IMG/VR virus record: IMGVR_UViG_3300030202_003905
DNA from: an uncultured virus (IMG/VR IMGVR_UViG_3300030202_003905)
Lineage: Duplodnaviria; Heunggongvirae; Uroviricota; Caudoviricetes
Length of the DNA stretch: 64,000 nt
Strand: one strand, 5' to 3'
The stretch's first letter is position 1. Every line of letters begins with the position of its first letter. The notes under the pieces are model-generated. The model was not told the DNA's origin. It made no database searches and saw only the letters and a list, made by a program, of their open reading frames with translations. The position numbers and the translations under genes are program-made. Of this stretch, positions 38,614-50,100 are shown piece after piece.

Positions 38614-41235
38614 TTAGTTTTCTCTTCTTTCAGATGCTTCGTAGTAATCGAACCTTTCATGGAAACAAGGCGTTGCCAGCAAAATTGCAGGATTTATGTT
38701 GCCTTTAACGGTTTCTTGAAAAATATATGACATCCAAGTTTGTTCGAAGGGTGCTGCCCACGTTTCTTCAAGAAACATTTTTTTGTTTCCTTCACGAGAT
38801 ACAATTTGTGGCCAATTACAATAAAAGATCTCCCCATCTGCATACGCTAACCCCTTTTCGTTTTTAATTGATTTAAAATTTGTTAAAGGTGCATTAGGAT
38901 CTAATCCATTTGCTGGTAAAAATTTCTTTTCAGGCCAATGCCTTTCTCTTAATTCTTGAGGTACATTATACCAAGCCCATTGAACCCTGTTATCACCAAA
39001 GAATTCAGTAAAGCAAAACTTAAGAAAATCGTAACCTTCTCTTTCCATAATGGTATGCGTTTTATCATATAGGTCTTTAATATATGTAGCAAACCCATTT
39101 GGACAAGTACCTTTCCAATCAGTATGAACGTACATATCATCTTCTAAAAAGATATAATAATCACCATCTGTTTGTTCAAAATGTTCTGCTACCCATTGAC
39201 GACCTCCGCAAATACCAATATTGTCTTTTTTAATTTGAGTAAAGTCCCAAGTTTCACATATTCTGTCATATTCTGCTTGAGTGGATTCATCAGTAGAATT
39301 GTTCAATACAACCTTTTTAGTATTATATAAAAACTTTTCTCTTTCTGCCCAATTCTCGCAAAGCTTTTCAAACTGTGAAGGAGAATTATAGGTAATAACA
39401 TAAAGGTATGTTTTAAGGTCATCTATAGATCTGATTTTCTTAGTAGTGATTAAATCTACAGTATCATTTTTTAGATTTTCAAAAAAGCATTCAATTAAAC
39501 CATCATCTCTTATCATTACACGATCAATCATATCGTCGTGCTTATACGATAAAATGGTGAATATTGATTCTTCTGTCCCCATTTGTTCTTCATCCAAAGA
39601 AGCTTTTAAGTAGTCATAATACAAACTATTAACATCACTAATATAGTCTTTATGCCCACCAAATATACCAGCTCTTGCAACATATGTTGTTTTATCGACA
39701 TTACAATACTCTCTTAATTTATCATGATCAAATCCGTGAATTTCATGATTCTCGTAAGGGAAACATATAAACAAAAACTTTTGTAAGTAATGATGAATTT
39801 TGTTTATTACTTTATCGTGTGTAAAGTATCCTTGATGTATTGTGTTGGTTATGGCACCGTCTACCCATAAGAAATAATCAGTATCAAAAGGGTTAGATAT
39901 TTTTGCATCATTTAGCATAAACATCTTAGACATTACCATAGGATTATAAAGCTCTAACCCAGCTTGAGTACTTTCGGGGAGCCAGGATGCTTTGTTATAC
40001 CATTCCGGGTTAGAGCGAATCTTTTGAACTTGATCGAAAAATTCGAACCAAGTTTTAAATTCTTCTGCAGGTTTTACTATAACCTGAGTATTTTCTTGAG
40101 AACGATGTTCCCACACTAATTCTTCATACTCCGGGTCTATATAAACAATCATCGGAGTATCTGTTTTTAAAAGTTCTACTAATTTATCTGTATAATGAGA
40201 GAATGGTCTATTAAAACTCTCCGCTAAGGTATCCCTCTTTAAATCCCAAATACCGGTTACTATAGTAGTCTTGCTCGGTCCTTCATTAGAGTAAACCTGA
40301 GCCGGCTTCTCCGGTACGTTATCGAGTTGATATGCTTCTGGTTGAGGTTCTTTATAATCATCATCCCCTGCTTCAACATTTTCTGGAGCATCTACATAAT
40401 TACCGTCTTTATCTAATCTATACCCGGTATTTTCAATACATAAACCTAGCTTTTCTACTTCTGACCATCTTTTATTATTTTTAATAAACTCTAAATGTTC
40501 ATTTTCAAAAGCCATTATATCACAACCCTCTTGATTGCATAAAGTATAACCAGCTGTTATCAGTCTCGTAAATAATTTGTCAAGGTTACCATCTTCACTA
40601 TTAAACAATTCGAACTTTATAACTTTAGGTCTATACTTTTCTAAATCAAATCCTTCAAATACCCAATAGTCGTGTCCTTCAGTATCAACTGTAACATAAT
40701 CAATTCTTTCTATGTTGTGTTTTTCTAGTAAACTATCCAAAACAACAACCGGTACTTCACACATTTCACCATGTTCATCTAAAAGTGCTTTACTTTTAGG
40801 ATCAGAATCAAACCCATTAACCGGAGGAATAAAACTAGCCATGCCTTTTAAAGGGTAATCTAATTCTAAATTGTCAATTTTATCCCATGGAATATAGCAC
40901 ATGGTTTCAATTTTCATTTCGTTAGATACTGCTACATTCTCTAATATAACTTTATCGTTTTTTAATACCTCTATATAATAGTTTGATAACGCTTTAAATG
41001 CATCTGGTAAGGGCTCAATAAACAACCCACCCCATCTATATAGCGATATATAACCAGCCATAGTGTCATGAAAATGACCATCCATTGCACCAACAGAAAG
41101 ACAAAAAACTTCATTATCTTTTTTTCTTCCAGCATTATGAAGAGAAATATCAAACATTCTCTCTACTTGCCAAGTGTTATATGGTGTTAATTTTTCTTGT
41201 AATTTGTTATCTAGTTCTCTATCACTCATTATCAA
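38614..41235 (-). CDS. Multidomain FkbM methyltransferase / HtrL-WlaTC-like GT / GT-A fusion
   Basis: VGAMDG...IEP...VDTEGHD; then TTIVTGIWD, YNPMVMSKMFML, WVDG, MGTEE; then LYVITYN, NIGICGGR, FLEDD. Confidence 0.8.
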   Translation of the reverse strand: MIMSDRELDNKLQEKLTPYNTWQVERMFDISLHNAGRKKDNEVFCLSVGAMDGHFHDTMAGYISLYRWGGLFIEPLPDAFKALSNYYIEVLKNDKVILENVAVSNEMKIETMCYIPWDKIDNLELDYPLKGMASFIPPVNGFDSDPKSKALLDEHGEMCEVPVVVLDSLLEKHNIERIDYVTVDTEGHDYWVFEGFDLEKYRPKVIKFELFNSEDGNLDKLFTRLITAGYTLCNQEGCDIMAFENEHLEFIKNNKRWSEVEKLGLCIENTGYRLDKDGNYVDAPENVEAGDDDYKEPQPEAYQLDNVPEKPAQVYSNEGPSKTTIVTGIWDLKRDTLAESFNRPFSHYTDKLVELLKTDTPMIVYIDPEYEELVWEHRSQENTQVIVKPAEEFKTWFEFFDQVQKIRSNPEWYNKASWLPESTQAGLELYNPMVMSKMFMLNDAKISNPFDTDYFLWVDGAITNTIHQGYFTHDKVINKIHHYLQKFLFICFPYENHEIHGFDHDKLREYCNVDKTTYVARAGIFGGHKDYISDVNSLYYDYLKASLDEEQMGTEESIFTILSYKHDDMIDRVMIRDDGLIECFFENLKNDTVDLITTKKIRSIDDLKTYLYVITYNSPSQFEKLCENWAEREKFLYNTKKVVLNNSTDESTQAEYDRICETWDFTQIKKDNIGICGGRQWVAEHFEQTDGDYYIFLEDDMYVHTDWKGTCPNGFATYIKDLYDKTHTIMEREGYDFLKFCFTEFFGDNRVQWAWYNVPQELRERHWPEKKFLPANGLDPNAPLTNFKSIKNEKGLAYADGEIFYCNWPQIVSREGNKKMFLEETWAAPFEQTWMSYIFQETVKGNINPAILLATPCFHERFDYYEASERREN

Positions 41236-42580
41236 AAATCCCGTTTACTACTTCATATTTCGATCTTGGGGTCCTTAAATCATTTGGACCTATCCTATCT
41301 AACCAACCTTTACTTTTACTATGTGGTAATACTGCCCAAGATCTCGGCTCTTTGTCAGAGCAAAACTTCAAGAAAAAGCTTGCATTGTCTTTTGCTTTTT
41401 CTTCACCTAATCTCCATTCATTTAAATCTTCTCTATATATCTCTTCACCATCTTTATCGTGAGCTGTAACAGCCCAAAAATCACAATCTTCGTGTTCTGG
41501 TGTTTTAATTTGATCACCTGATATCCAAATATCTACACACCAATTTCTTCCGAAATCATTTAACCAATCTTCTTTAGTTGCATACATTTCAGGATTATCA
41601 ACGTAATTTGGTGTAGGTGGTTCTTGTCTTTGAGGCCAAGTATACTCCATAACCCCTCTTCTATCAAATTTAATTCCGGCATATCTTTCATAGTCTTCTA
41701 AAGTTCTTTCTTTACCAAAACCAAACTTACCAAAATCTATAGAATCAGGGTCTGAATCATCCATACCAAACAAAGTTCTATTTCTAAAATGACATGCATT
41801 GTTAACTGAAATCCAACCTGCTGTTCCATCAGAATCTACATCATGATCTTCCCAATGTTTATCTCTTCCTTCTCTCGTATATTCATGCCAACAAATCGTT
41901 TTATGAGGATGAAATAAATCGTAACCGTGAGTAAATGCTCTTACTGCAATGCTAATTTCTTCACCATGAAAATAATAATCTGGATCATGTGGGACTTCTT
42001 CACAAAATTTACCTAAAGTAAAACAAAAATGAGCTGAATAAAATCTTGATCTCATAGGCTCGACTCTGGTCATCCAATCTGGAATAGTAGAAGGTAAAAA
42101 GAAAATAGCTCCTTCAGGAATAAATCTATCATACTCCATAAACCACGGGTCTTTTTCTCTTCCATCTGGATCATTTGATGGTTTATAAGATGGTATATAC
42201 GCTGTTAATAAAGGCTTTTCATGACCCTTTTTTTGTAATTGATTCATCATATCAATACAAAGCGTATCCCACCCCGGGGCAAATCTATGATGTGAATCTA
42301 ATTGTAAAGTATATGTTTCGCCATCGTATTCATTTTGTACAATATTTCTAGCCCAACATACCCCTTTAGCTTCTTTCCAAGGTACATTAACCACTCTAAA
42401 TCTAGCATCATTTTCATACTCTGGAATATCATCAAATAGATCCCCTTCTTTAAATTGTCTACATATACCAAATCTTAAATTTTCTGGTTTATGAGCATTA
42501 TCTATACAACTCTTTAAAGTAATAGGTAGTTCTGGGTCTCTATACGAGGCAATTTGAATAAAAATAGTTTCGTCTTTCAT
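41222..42580 (-). CDS. GT60-type polypeptide/hydroxyproline alpha-GlcNAc transferase
   Basis: IFIQIASYRDPEL, GVCWAR, LQLDSHHRF, FHGEEISIAVRAFTHGYDLFHP. Confidence 0.85.
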   Translation of the reverse strand: MKDETIFIQIASYRDPELPITLKSCIDNAHKPENLRFGICRQFKEGDLFDDIPEYENDARFRVVNVPWKEAKGVCWARNIVQNEYDGETYTLQLDSHHRFAPGWDTLCIDMMNQLQKKGHEKPLLTAYIPSYKPSNDPDGREKDPWFMEYDRFIPEGAIFFLPSTIPDWMTRVEPMRSRFYSAHFCFTLGKFCEEVPHDPDYYFHGEEISIAVRAFTHGYDLFHPHKTICWHEYTREGRDKHWEDHDVDSDGTAGWISVNNACHFRNRTLFGMDDSDPDSIDFGKFGFGKERTLEDYERYAGIKFDRRGVMEYTWPQRQEPPTPNYVDNPEMYATKEDWLNDFGRNWCVDIWISGDQIKTPEHEDCDFWAVTAHDKDGEEIYREDLNEWRLGEEKAKDNASFFLKFCSDKEPRSWAVLPHSKSKGWLDRIGPNDLRTPRSKYEVVNGIFDNE

Positions 42581-42602
42581 AGCATCCTGTTAATAATTTA
42601 CT

Positions 42603-44147
42603 TTACTTCAAGTTTGGATCCAGTTGTTTCTCAATCTTTTCCAGCCATCCTACATCTTTAACGCTCGGTATAACCGTATAACTTGTAGGTCTTGCATCGC
42701 AAACCAAACCTATTGGGAATCTTGCAGCATGTGGATCTTGTCTTTCGTCGTAAATTTCTTGAATTTTATCTATAGAAAAATCTTCTCTTACTAGTTCGTT
42801 TCCATCTTCGTCATGAACACCAACATACCAAAATTCAGTATCGTCATACGATTCGGGTAATTCTTCCCAAGGAATAAAAAAGTCAATACACCAATTTTTT
42901 AACCATTTAACGTCTTCATAAGGCGTACCGTCATTTGGATATACCGGATTAACCCCGTCTTTTACTTCTTGAGTAATAGCTCTTTTTCTAAAATGAATAC
43001 CTGAATAGTGTTGATATTCTTCTACTGTTCTAATATTACCGAAACCATATTCATCACCAAAATTTATTTGATTAGGATCTTCACCATCCATACCAAATAA
43101 AATACGATTTCTTTTATGGCACATTTCATTTACTTCCCACCAATCGTGTTTACGACCTTGTTTTTTATTACAATCATCCCAATGATGAGGTCTTCCTTTT
43201 CGAGTATACTCATGGTAAGCAATTATTTTGTTAGGGTGAAATAAATCATAACCATGTGTATATGCTCTTACTGCAATGCTAATTTCTTCTCCGTGGAAAT
43301 AATAATTAGGATCATGAGGTACTTCTTTACAAAACTGACCACTTGTAAAACAGAAATGAGCGGAATAAAATCTAGAAGGAATTGGTTCTCTTAATTCTTC
43401 ATCAAACATAGAAGTAGGTAAAAAGAAAATAGCTCCTTCAGGAATAAATCTATCAAATACCATCTTCCATGGGTCTGTTTCAAATCCATTTTCTATAGAA
43501 TACTCACCAGAATCATCACTATTTTCTAACCAAGGCTTATAACTTGTTATGTATCCTGTTAATAGAGGTTTCGGGTGACCTTTTTGTTGCAAGTAATAAT
43601 ACATGCTTTTCAATTTAGAATCCCAACCAGGAACAAATCGATGGTGAGAATCAATTGCTAAAGTAAATTCTTCTTCACAATACAAATGTTGAATAGAATG
43701 CCTTGCCCAACATGTACCATGACCTCTTTTATTATCTACGTCTATAATTTGGAATCTTTCATCCTTCATATAATCGTACATTTCTTTATCAAAATCATCT
43801 TCCATGTTATGTTGCCAGCAAATGCCAAACCTTAAATTTTCAGGGTTATCTGCATTATCTATCATACTAACTAAAGTTGGAATAAGTTCTGGGTCTCTAT
43901 ATGCAGCAATTTGAATGAATATTTGTTGATTACCTTTTAAATGGGAGGGAAAGTCTTCATAATAATTATCGCCTACAATATCTTCGTTTGTTAGAACATA
44001 TGGTTGTGGATCCTTTTCTGGTATTGAAACTACCCCTGAACTTCTTTCATGTTCAGAATGATCTACTTCTGATACTTCAGTGGTAGTTGTTTTTTCGGTA
44101 TTTTTATTTTTTAACCTACTCTTACGATAGATTTTTATTCCTGGCAT
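42603..44147 (-). CDS. GT60-type polypeptide/hydroxyproline alpha-GlcNAc transferase, tandem paralog
   Basis: IFIQIAAYRDPEL, GTCWAR, IDSHHRF, FHGEEISIAVRAYTHGYDLFHP. Confidence 0.85.
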   Translation of the reverse strand: MPGIKIYRKSRLKNKNTEKTTTTEVSEVDHSEHERSSGVVSIPEKDPQPYVLTNEDIVGDNYYEDFPSHLKGNQQIFIQIAAYRDPELIPTLVSMIDNADNPENLRFGICWQHNMEDDFDKEMYDYMKDERFQIIDVDNKRGHGTCWARHSIQHLYCEEEFTLAIDSHHRFVPGWDSKLKSMYYYLQQKGHPKPLLTGYITSYKPWLENSDDSGEYSIENGFETDPWKMVFDRFIPEGAIFFLPTSMFDEELREPIPSRFYSAHFCFTSGQFCKEVPHDPNYYFHGEEISIAVRAYTHGYDLFHPNKIIAYHEYTRKGRPHHWDDCNKKQGRKHDWWEVNEMCHKRNRILFGMDGEDPNQINFGDEYGFGNIRTVEEYQHYSGIHFRKRAITQEVKDGVNPVYPNDGTPYEDVKWLKNWCIDFFIPWEELPESYDDTEFWYVGVHDEDGNELVREDFSIDKIQEIYDERQDPHAARFPIGLVCDARPTSYTVIPSVKDVGWLEKIEKQLDPNLK

Positions 44148-44154
44148 CAAAAAT

Positions 44155-44182
44155 ATTTTACTAGTTTCCCCGGGGAGTTCAA
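44155..44182 (-). promoter_or_regulatory. Sigma70-type promoter of the GT60 operon (TTGAAC-16-TAAAAT) with a palindrome in the spacer
   Basis: Hexamers 7 nt upstream of ATG 44147; TCCCCGGGGA at 44167-44176. Confidence 0.55.
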
Positions 44183-44185
44183 CTG

Positions 44186-47100
44186 TTATACGTAAGTCAT
44201 GTTAATAGAATCTACACAAATATCTCCTTGATATGTATAAATTGTACTTCCAGATGTATAAAAGAAGGATATATATTGAGCTACAGTGGAAGGGTTAGAG
44301 TATGAAAAGGTTTTCTTAATCCACGACTGCGAACGACTCCCTTGCTGCGCACCTGTTAAGGTAGTGCTTCCTCTAGATGTAAATGAACTCGTACTAGGTG
44401 ATGACCCACCTGTAACTTCTAACGTACCTACATTACCTCCAAACATATAATACCAGAAACCACATGTAACTGTTTTACCGCTTGGACAACTATTACTTCT
44501 CATAATTATACCAAAAGATACACTAGGATAGTTTGGTGATGATGTTTCACAATAGATAAACCTATAACTACTGGAACTATTTTGAGTTCCAGATGTTGCC
44601 ATGGAACTTGAATCATTAACACCACCTGTTTGAACCCCGGTACCACCACTAGGTGTATTACCATAATCGCACATCCAACTTCTTGTTGTAGATGTTTTAC
44701 TACTACCAGTAGATACTCGATATGCACCAACATAATAACTACTACTTGGACCGGTTGATGGTGCTTGTAATGAAACTGCTCCTGATGAAGACGTTGTTGT
44801 AGGTGAATTGTTTACATTTTGAAATAATATAGTTGTGGCTGATACAGGACCACCTGATGGCGATTTAGTAGGCGTTCTTGTTTTAGTAGATGTTTTTGTT
44901 TTTGTTTTAGTACTCGTAGGTGTTCGTGTTTTACTTTTAGTAATAGATTTTGTTCTTGTAGGAGTACTCGTAGGAGTTTTTGTTTTGCTTTGCGTTATAG
45001 ACTTCGTTCTTGTTGGTGTTCTAGTTTTAGTTTTAGTACTAGTTGCTGTGTATGTAGGAGTACGTGTTTTACTTTGGGTGATTGATTTTGTACGCGTAGG
45101 TGTTCGTGTTTTACTTTGTGTGATTGATTTCGTTCTCGTAGGAGTGCGTGTTTTACTTTGTGTAATAGATTTAGTTCTTGTAGGTGTTCTGGTTTTACTT
45201 TGGGTGATTGATTTTGTTCTAGTAGGTGATACTGTTTTGGTTTGTGTGATAGATTTCGTTCTGGTCTGTGTGATAGATTTAGTTCTAGTAGGCGAAACGG
45301 TTCTTGTTGGCGTTCTAGTTTTAGTTTTAGTTTGGGTAATAGATTTTGTTCTAGTAGGTGAAACGGATCTTGTTGGTGTTCTAGTTTTAGTTTTAGTTTG
45401 TGTAATTGATTTCGTTCTCGTAGGAGTAACGGTACGTGTCGGGGTACGTGTTTTAGTTCTAGTGTTCGTAGACGTTCTTGTATATGTAGGTGTTCTTGTT
45501 CTTGTAGGTGTTCTTGTTCTCGTTCTCGTATATGTAGGTGATTGTGTTCTTGTGCGAGTAGGTGATTGTGTTCTGGTTTTTGTTTTGGTCTTCGTATACG
45601 TAGGTGATTGCGTTCTTGTAGGTGTTTGTGTTCTAGTTCTTGTAGGTGTTTGTGTTCTGGTTTTTGTTCTTGTAGGAGTACGTGTTTTACTTTGTGTAAT
45701 AGATTTCGTTCTCGTTGGTGTTCTGGTTTTAGTTTTCGTACTAGTTGCTGTGTATGTAGGAGATTGTGTTCTTGTTCTTGTTCTTGTAGGTGTTCGTGTT
45801 TTGCTTTGTGTGATAGATTTTGTTCTCGTTGGTGTTCGTGTTTTACTTTGTGTAATAGATTTCGTTCTCGTAGGTGTTCTGGTTTTAGTTTTCGTACTAG
45901 TAGGTGTTTGCGTTCTTGTATTTGTTGGTGATACGGATCTTGTAGGTGTTTGTGTTCTTGTTCTTGTAGGTGATTGCGTCCTCGTTCTTGTTTGTGTAGG
46001 GGTTCTCGTACGAGTAGGTGTTTGTGTTCTAGTTCTCGTTACTGTATTTGTAGGTGTTTGTGTAGGTGTTCTCGTTCTAGTTCTCGTTACTGTATTTGTA
46101 GGTGTTTGTGTTCTTGTGCGAGTAGGTGATTGTGATCTAGTAGGTGTTTGTGTTCTGGTTTTAGTTTGTGTAATTGATTTGGTTCTTGTGGGGGTGCGTG
46201 TTCTAGTAGGTGTTTGCGTTCTGGTTTTAGTTTGTGTAATTGATTTTGTTCTAGTAGGTGTTTGTGTGCGTGTTGCTGTTTGCGTTATAGATTTTGTACG
46301 CGTAGGTGTTTTTGTTCTTGTTCTTGTTCTAGTAGGTGTTTGAGATTGTGTTGGTGTTTGTGTTCGAGTAGGGGTTTGTGTTCTGGTTTTAGTTTGTGTA
46401 GGGGTTCTTGTTCTCGTAGGCGTTTGTGTTCTCGTCCTTGTTTGTGTTGGTGTTTGTGTTCTTGTTCTAGTAGGAGTTTGTGTCCTAGTTTTTGTATTTG
46501 TAGGTGTTTGAGTTATAGTTTGTGTAGGTGTTTGAGTTCTAGTTTTTGTTGGTGTTTGTGATCTCGTGGGTGTTTGCGTTCTGGTTTTAGTTTGTGTAAT
46601 CGATTTAGTTCTTGTAGGTGTCTGTGTACGTGTAGATGTTTGTGTTGGTGTTCTTGTTTGTGTAGATGTTTGAGTTTGAGAAGGTGTTCTTGTTCTTGAT
46701 CTTGTTTGTGTTTGAGTTTGTGTTTGTGATGGTGTTCTAGTCCTCGTTGATCCAGGTGTATCCGTTCTGGTAATTGTTCTAGTGCTTGTTGGTGTTTGTG
46801 TCCTGGTTTTAGTCTGTGTCGGTGTTTGTGTTGGTGTCTGTGTTCTAGTTTTAGTTTGTGTTCTTGTAGGTGTTTGTGTTCTAGTTTTAGTTTGTGTCCT
46901 TGTTCTAGTCTGCGTCGGTGTTTGTGTTGGTGTTTGTGTTCTGGTTCTCGTTGGAGTTTGTGTTCTTGTTTGGGTAGATGTTTGAGTTTGAGAAGGTGTT
47001 CTTGTTCTTGTAGGCGTTTGCGTTCTGGTTTGTGTTGGCGTTTGTGTTCTAGTTTGTGTAGGTGATTGTGTTCTAGTAGGTGTTTGTGTTCTTGTTTTAG

Positions 47101-50100
47101 TTTGTGTAGGTGTTCTTGTTTGTGTCGGTGTTCTTGTTCTTGTAGGCGTTTGTGTTCTAGTTTTGGTTCTTGTAGCAGTTCGTGTACTAGTTTTAGTGCG
47201 CGTTTGTGTAGGTGTCTGAGTCCGTGTTTTAGTTTGTGTAGCTGTTCTGGTTGCTGATGGCGTTCTAGTTCTTGTAACAGTTTGAGTAGGAGTTTGAGTT
47301 CTGGTTTGTGTTGGTGTCTGAGTTCTGGTTTGTGTTGGTGTTTGTGTCCTAGTTCTGGTTTGAGTAGGTGTTCTGGTTCGAGTAGGGGTTTGTGTTCTTG
47401 TTCTTGTTCTTGTAGGTGATTGTGATCTAGTAGGTGTTTGCGTTCTGGTTCTAGTTTGGGTTCTGGTTCTTGTTTGCGTCTTTGTTTGTGTAGGTGTTTG
47501 TGTTTGTGAAGGTGTTCTTGTTCTAGTTACCGTTTGTGATCTAGTTGGTGTTTGCGTTCTCGTCCTTGTTTGTGAAGGTGTTCTTGTTCTAGTTACAGTA
47601 GGCGTTTGTGTTTGAGTTTGTGTTTGTGTAGGTGTCTGCGTTCGTGTAGATGTTTGTGTAGATGTTCTAGTTTGTGTTGGTGTTTGTGTTCTTGTAGGTG
47701 TCTGTGTTCTGGTTTTAGTTTGTGTGGGTGTTCTAGTCTGCGTTCTTGTTCTTGTTGTTGTAGGAGTTTGTGTTCTCGTCCTTGTTTGTGTAGGTGTTCT
47801 AGTCTGAGTTTGTGTTTGTGTTTGAGAAGGTGTTCTCGTTTGTGTTGGTGTTCTGGTTCTAGTTGGTGTTTCAGTTCTAGTATTAGTAGGTGTTTGTGTA
47901 GGTGTTCTTGTTCTGGTTCTAGTAACGGTGCTAGTAGCAGTCCTACTTTGAGTAGGGGTTCTCGTTCTAGTTGGAGATTGTGTACGTGTTTGAGTCTGTG
48001 TAGGTGTTTGTGTCCTAGTTTTAGTTTGTGTAGGTGTTCTTGTTTGCGTCGGTGTTCTTGTTTGTGTGCGTGTTTGAGTCTGGGTAGGAGTTTGTGTCCT
48101 GGTTTTTGTTTGTGTTCTAGATTGTGTAGGTGTCTGTGTTCTGGTTTTAGTTTGTGTAGGTGTTCTTGTTTGAGTAGATGTTTGTGTTTGCGTTGGCGTT
48201 CTTGTTCTTGTAGGTGTTTGTGTTCTAGTTTTAGTTTGCGTTCTAGTTCTAGTCTGTGTACTAGTTCTTGTAATAGTTTTTGTAGCAGTTTGAGTAGGTG
48301 TTTGAGTTCTGGTTTTAGTATTAGTAGGTGTTCTAGTTTGTGTAGGTGTTTGTGTTTGCGTCGGTGTTTGAGTCTGTGTAGCTGTTTGAGTCGGTGTTTG
48401 TGTTTGTGAAGGTGTTCTAGTACGTGTTGCAGTCTGTGTAGTTGTTCTTGTTTGAGTAGTTGTTCTTGTTTGAGTAGGAGTTTGTGTACGAGTACCTGTT
48501 TGTGTGGTCGTTGGAGATTGTGTTCTAGTTTTGGTTTGAGTAGCCGTTCTAGTAGGCGTTCTCGTTTTCGTTTTTGTCTGGGTTGGTGTCTGGGTTGGTG
48601 ATAAAGATCTAGTAGGTGTTTGCGTTCTAGTTTGTGTTGGTGTCTGGGTTCTTGTACGAGTAGGTGATTGTGTTCTAGTTTGTGTTTGTGTTGCTGTTCT
48701 AGTTTGCGTGGGTGTCTGTGTTCGTGAAGCTGTTTGTGTTGGTGTTCTTGATTGAGTAGGTGTTTGTGTTCTTGTTTTAGTTTGTGTAGGTGTTCTTGTT
48801 TGTGTTGCCGTCCTAGTTCTTGTAACGGTATTAGTTGGAGTTTGAGTTTGTGTTTGAGTTGGTGACTGAGTCGGTGTTTGTGTACGCGTTTTAGTTTGCG
48901 TTGGTGTTCTTGTAGATGTTTGAGTAGGGGTACGTGTTCTGGTTTTCGTCTTGGTTGCTGTAGCTGTTTGAGAAGGTGTTCGTGTTGGTGTAGATCCAGG
49001 CGTATCCGTTCTTGTTATAGTTCTGGTTTGTGTAGGTGTTTGTGTTCGTGTCGCTGTTTGAGATTGAGTAGGAGTTTGTGTTCTCGTTGTAGTTTGAGTA
49101 GGTGTCTGAGTTGGTGTTTGTGTTCTTGTTCTCGTAGGTGTTTGGGTTCTGGTTCTAGTTTGTGTAGTTGTTTGTGTAGATGTTTGAGTAGGTGTTCTTG
49201 ATTGAGTAGGTGTTTGCGTTCTGGTTCTAGTTTGTGTAATTGATTTTGTAACTGTTGGTGTTCTTGTTTGTGTAGGTGTTTGTGTTCGAGTTTTAGTCTG
49301 CGTTCTAGTTTGTGTTTGAGATGGTGTTCTAGTTTGTGTGGCTGTTCTTGTTCTTGTTCTTGTTTGTGTAGGTGTTCTAGTTTGAGTTGTAGTTCTTGTC
49401 TGTGTTTGTGTTGGTGTTTGTGTAGGTGTTTGCGTTCTAGTGGCTGTTTGAGATGGTGTTCTTGTATTAGTAGGTGTTTGTGTTCTGGTTTTAGTTTGTG
49501 TTCTTGTTCTTGTACTTGTGGCTGTTCTAGATAGTGTAGGTGTTTGAGTCCTAGTTGGTGTTTGTGTTCTTGTTTTAGTTTGAGTAGCCGTTCTAGTTTG
49601 AGTTATAGATTTAGTCCTAGTCTGGGTTGGTGTCTGGGTTGGTGAAAGCGTTCTAGTTATTGTTTGTGTAGGTGTTCTTGTTTGTGTAGACGTCTTTGTA
49701 GTTGTTTGAGTAGCTGTTTGCGTTCTTGTTCTTGTCTGTGTTTTAGTTTGTGTTGGTGTTCTTGTTTGTGTAGAAGTTTTTGTACTAGTTTGGGTTGGTG
49801 TTTGTGTTTGGGTAGCTGTTTGTGATGGTGTTTGTGTCCTCGTTTGTGTTGGTGTTTGTGTTTGAGTAGCTGTTCTACTTGGTGTAACAGATTGAGTAAT
49901 TGATTTTGTTACTGTTTGTGTTGTTGTTTGTGTTGGTGTTTGTGTACGTGTTTTTGTAGGTGTTTGTGATCTTGTAGATGTTTTTGTTGGTGTTGCACCT
50001 TGCGTTTGGGTTTGAGTAATTGATTTTGTTACTGTTTGTGTAGTGGTTTGAGTCTGTGAAGGAGATTGTGTTCTCGTCTTTGTTTGTGTAGGAGTTCTTG

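Noticed and set aside
41222..44147. Diversity-generating retroelement template/variable repeat pair, suggested by near-identical DNA in the two GT genes
   Set aside because: Explained by gene duplication; no reverse transcriptase in the window and no adenine-specific mismatch pattern evident by eye
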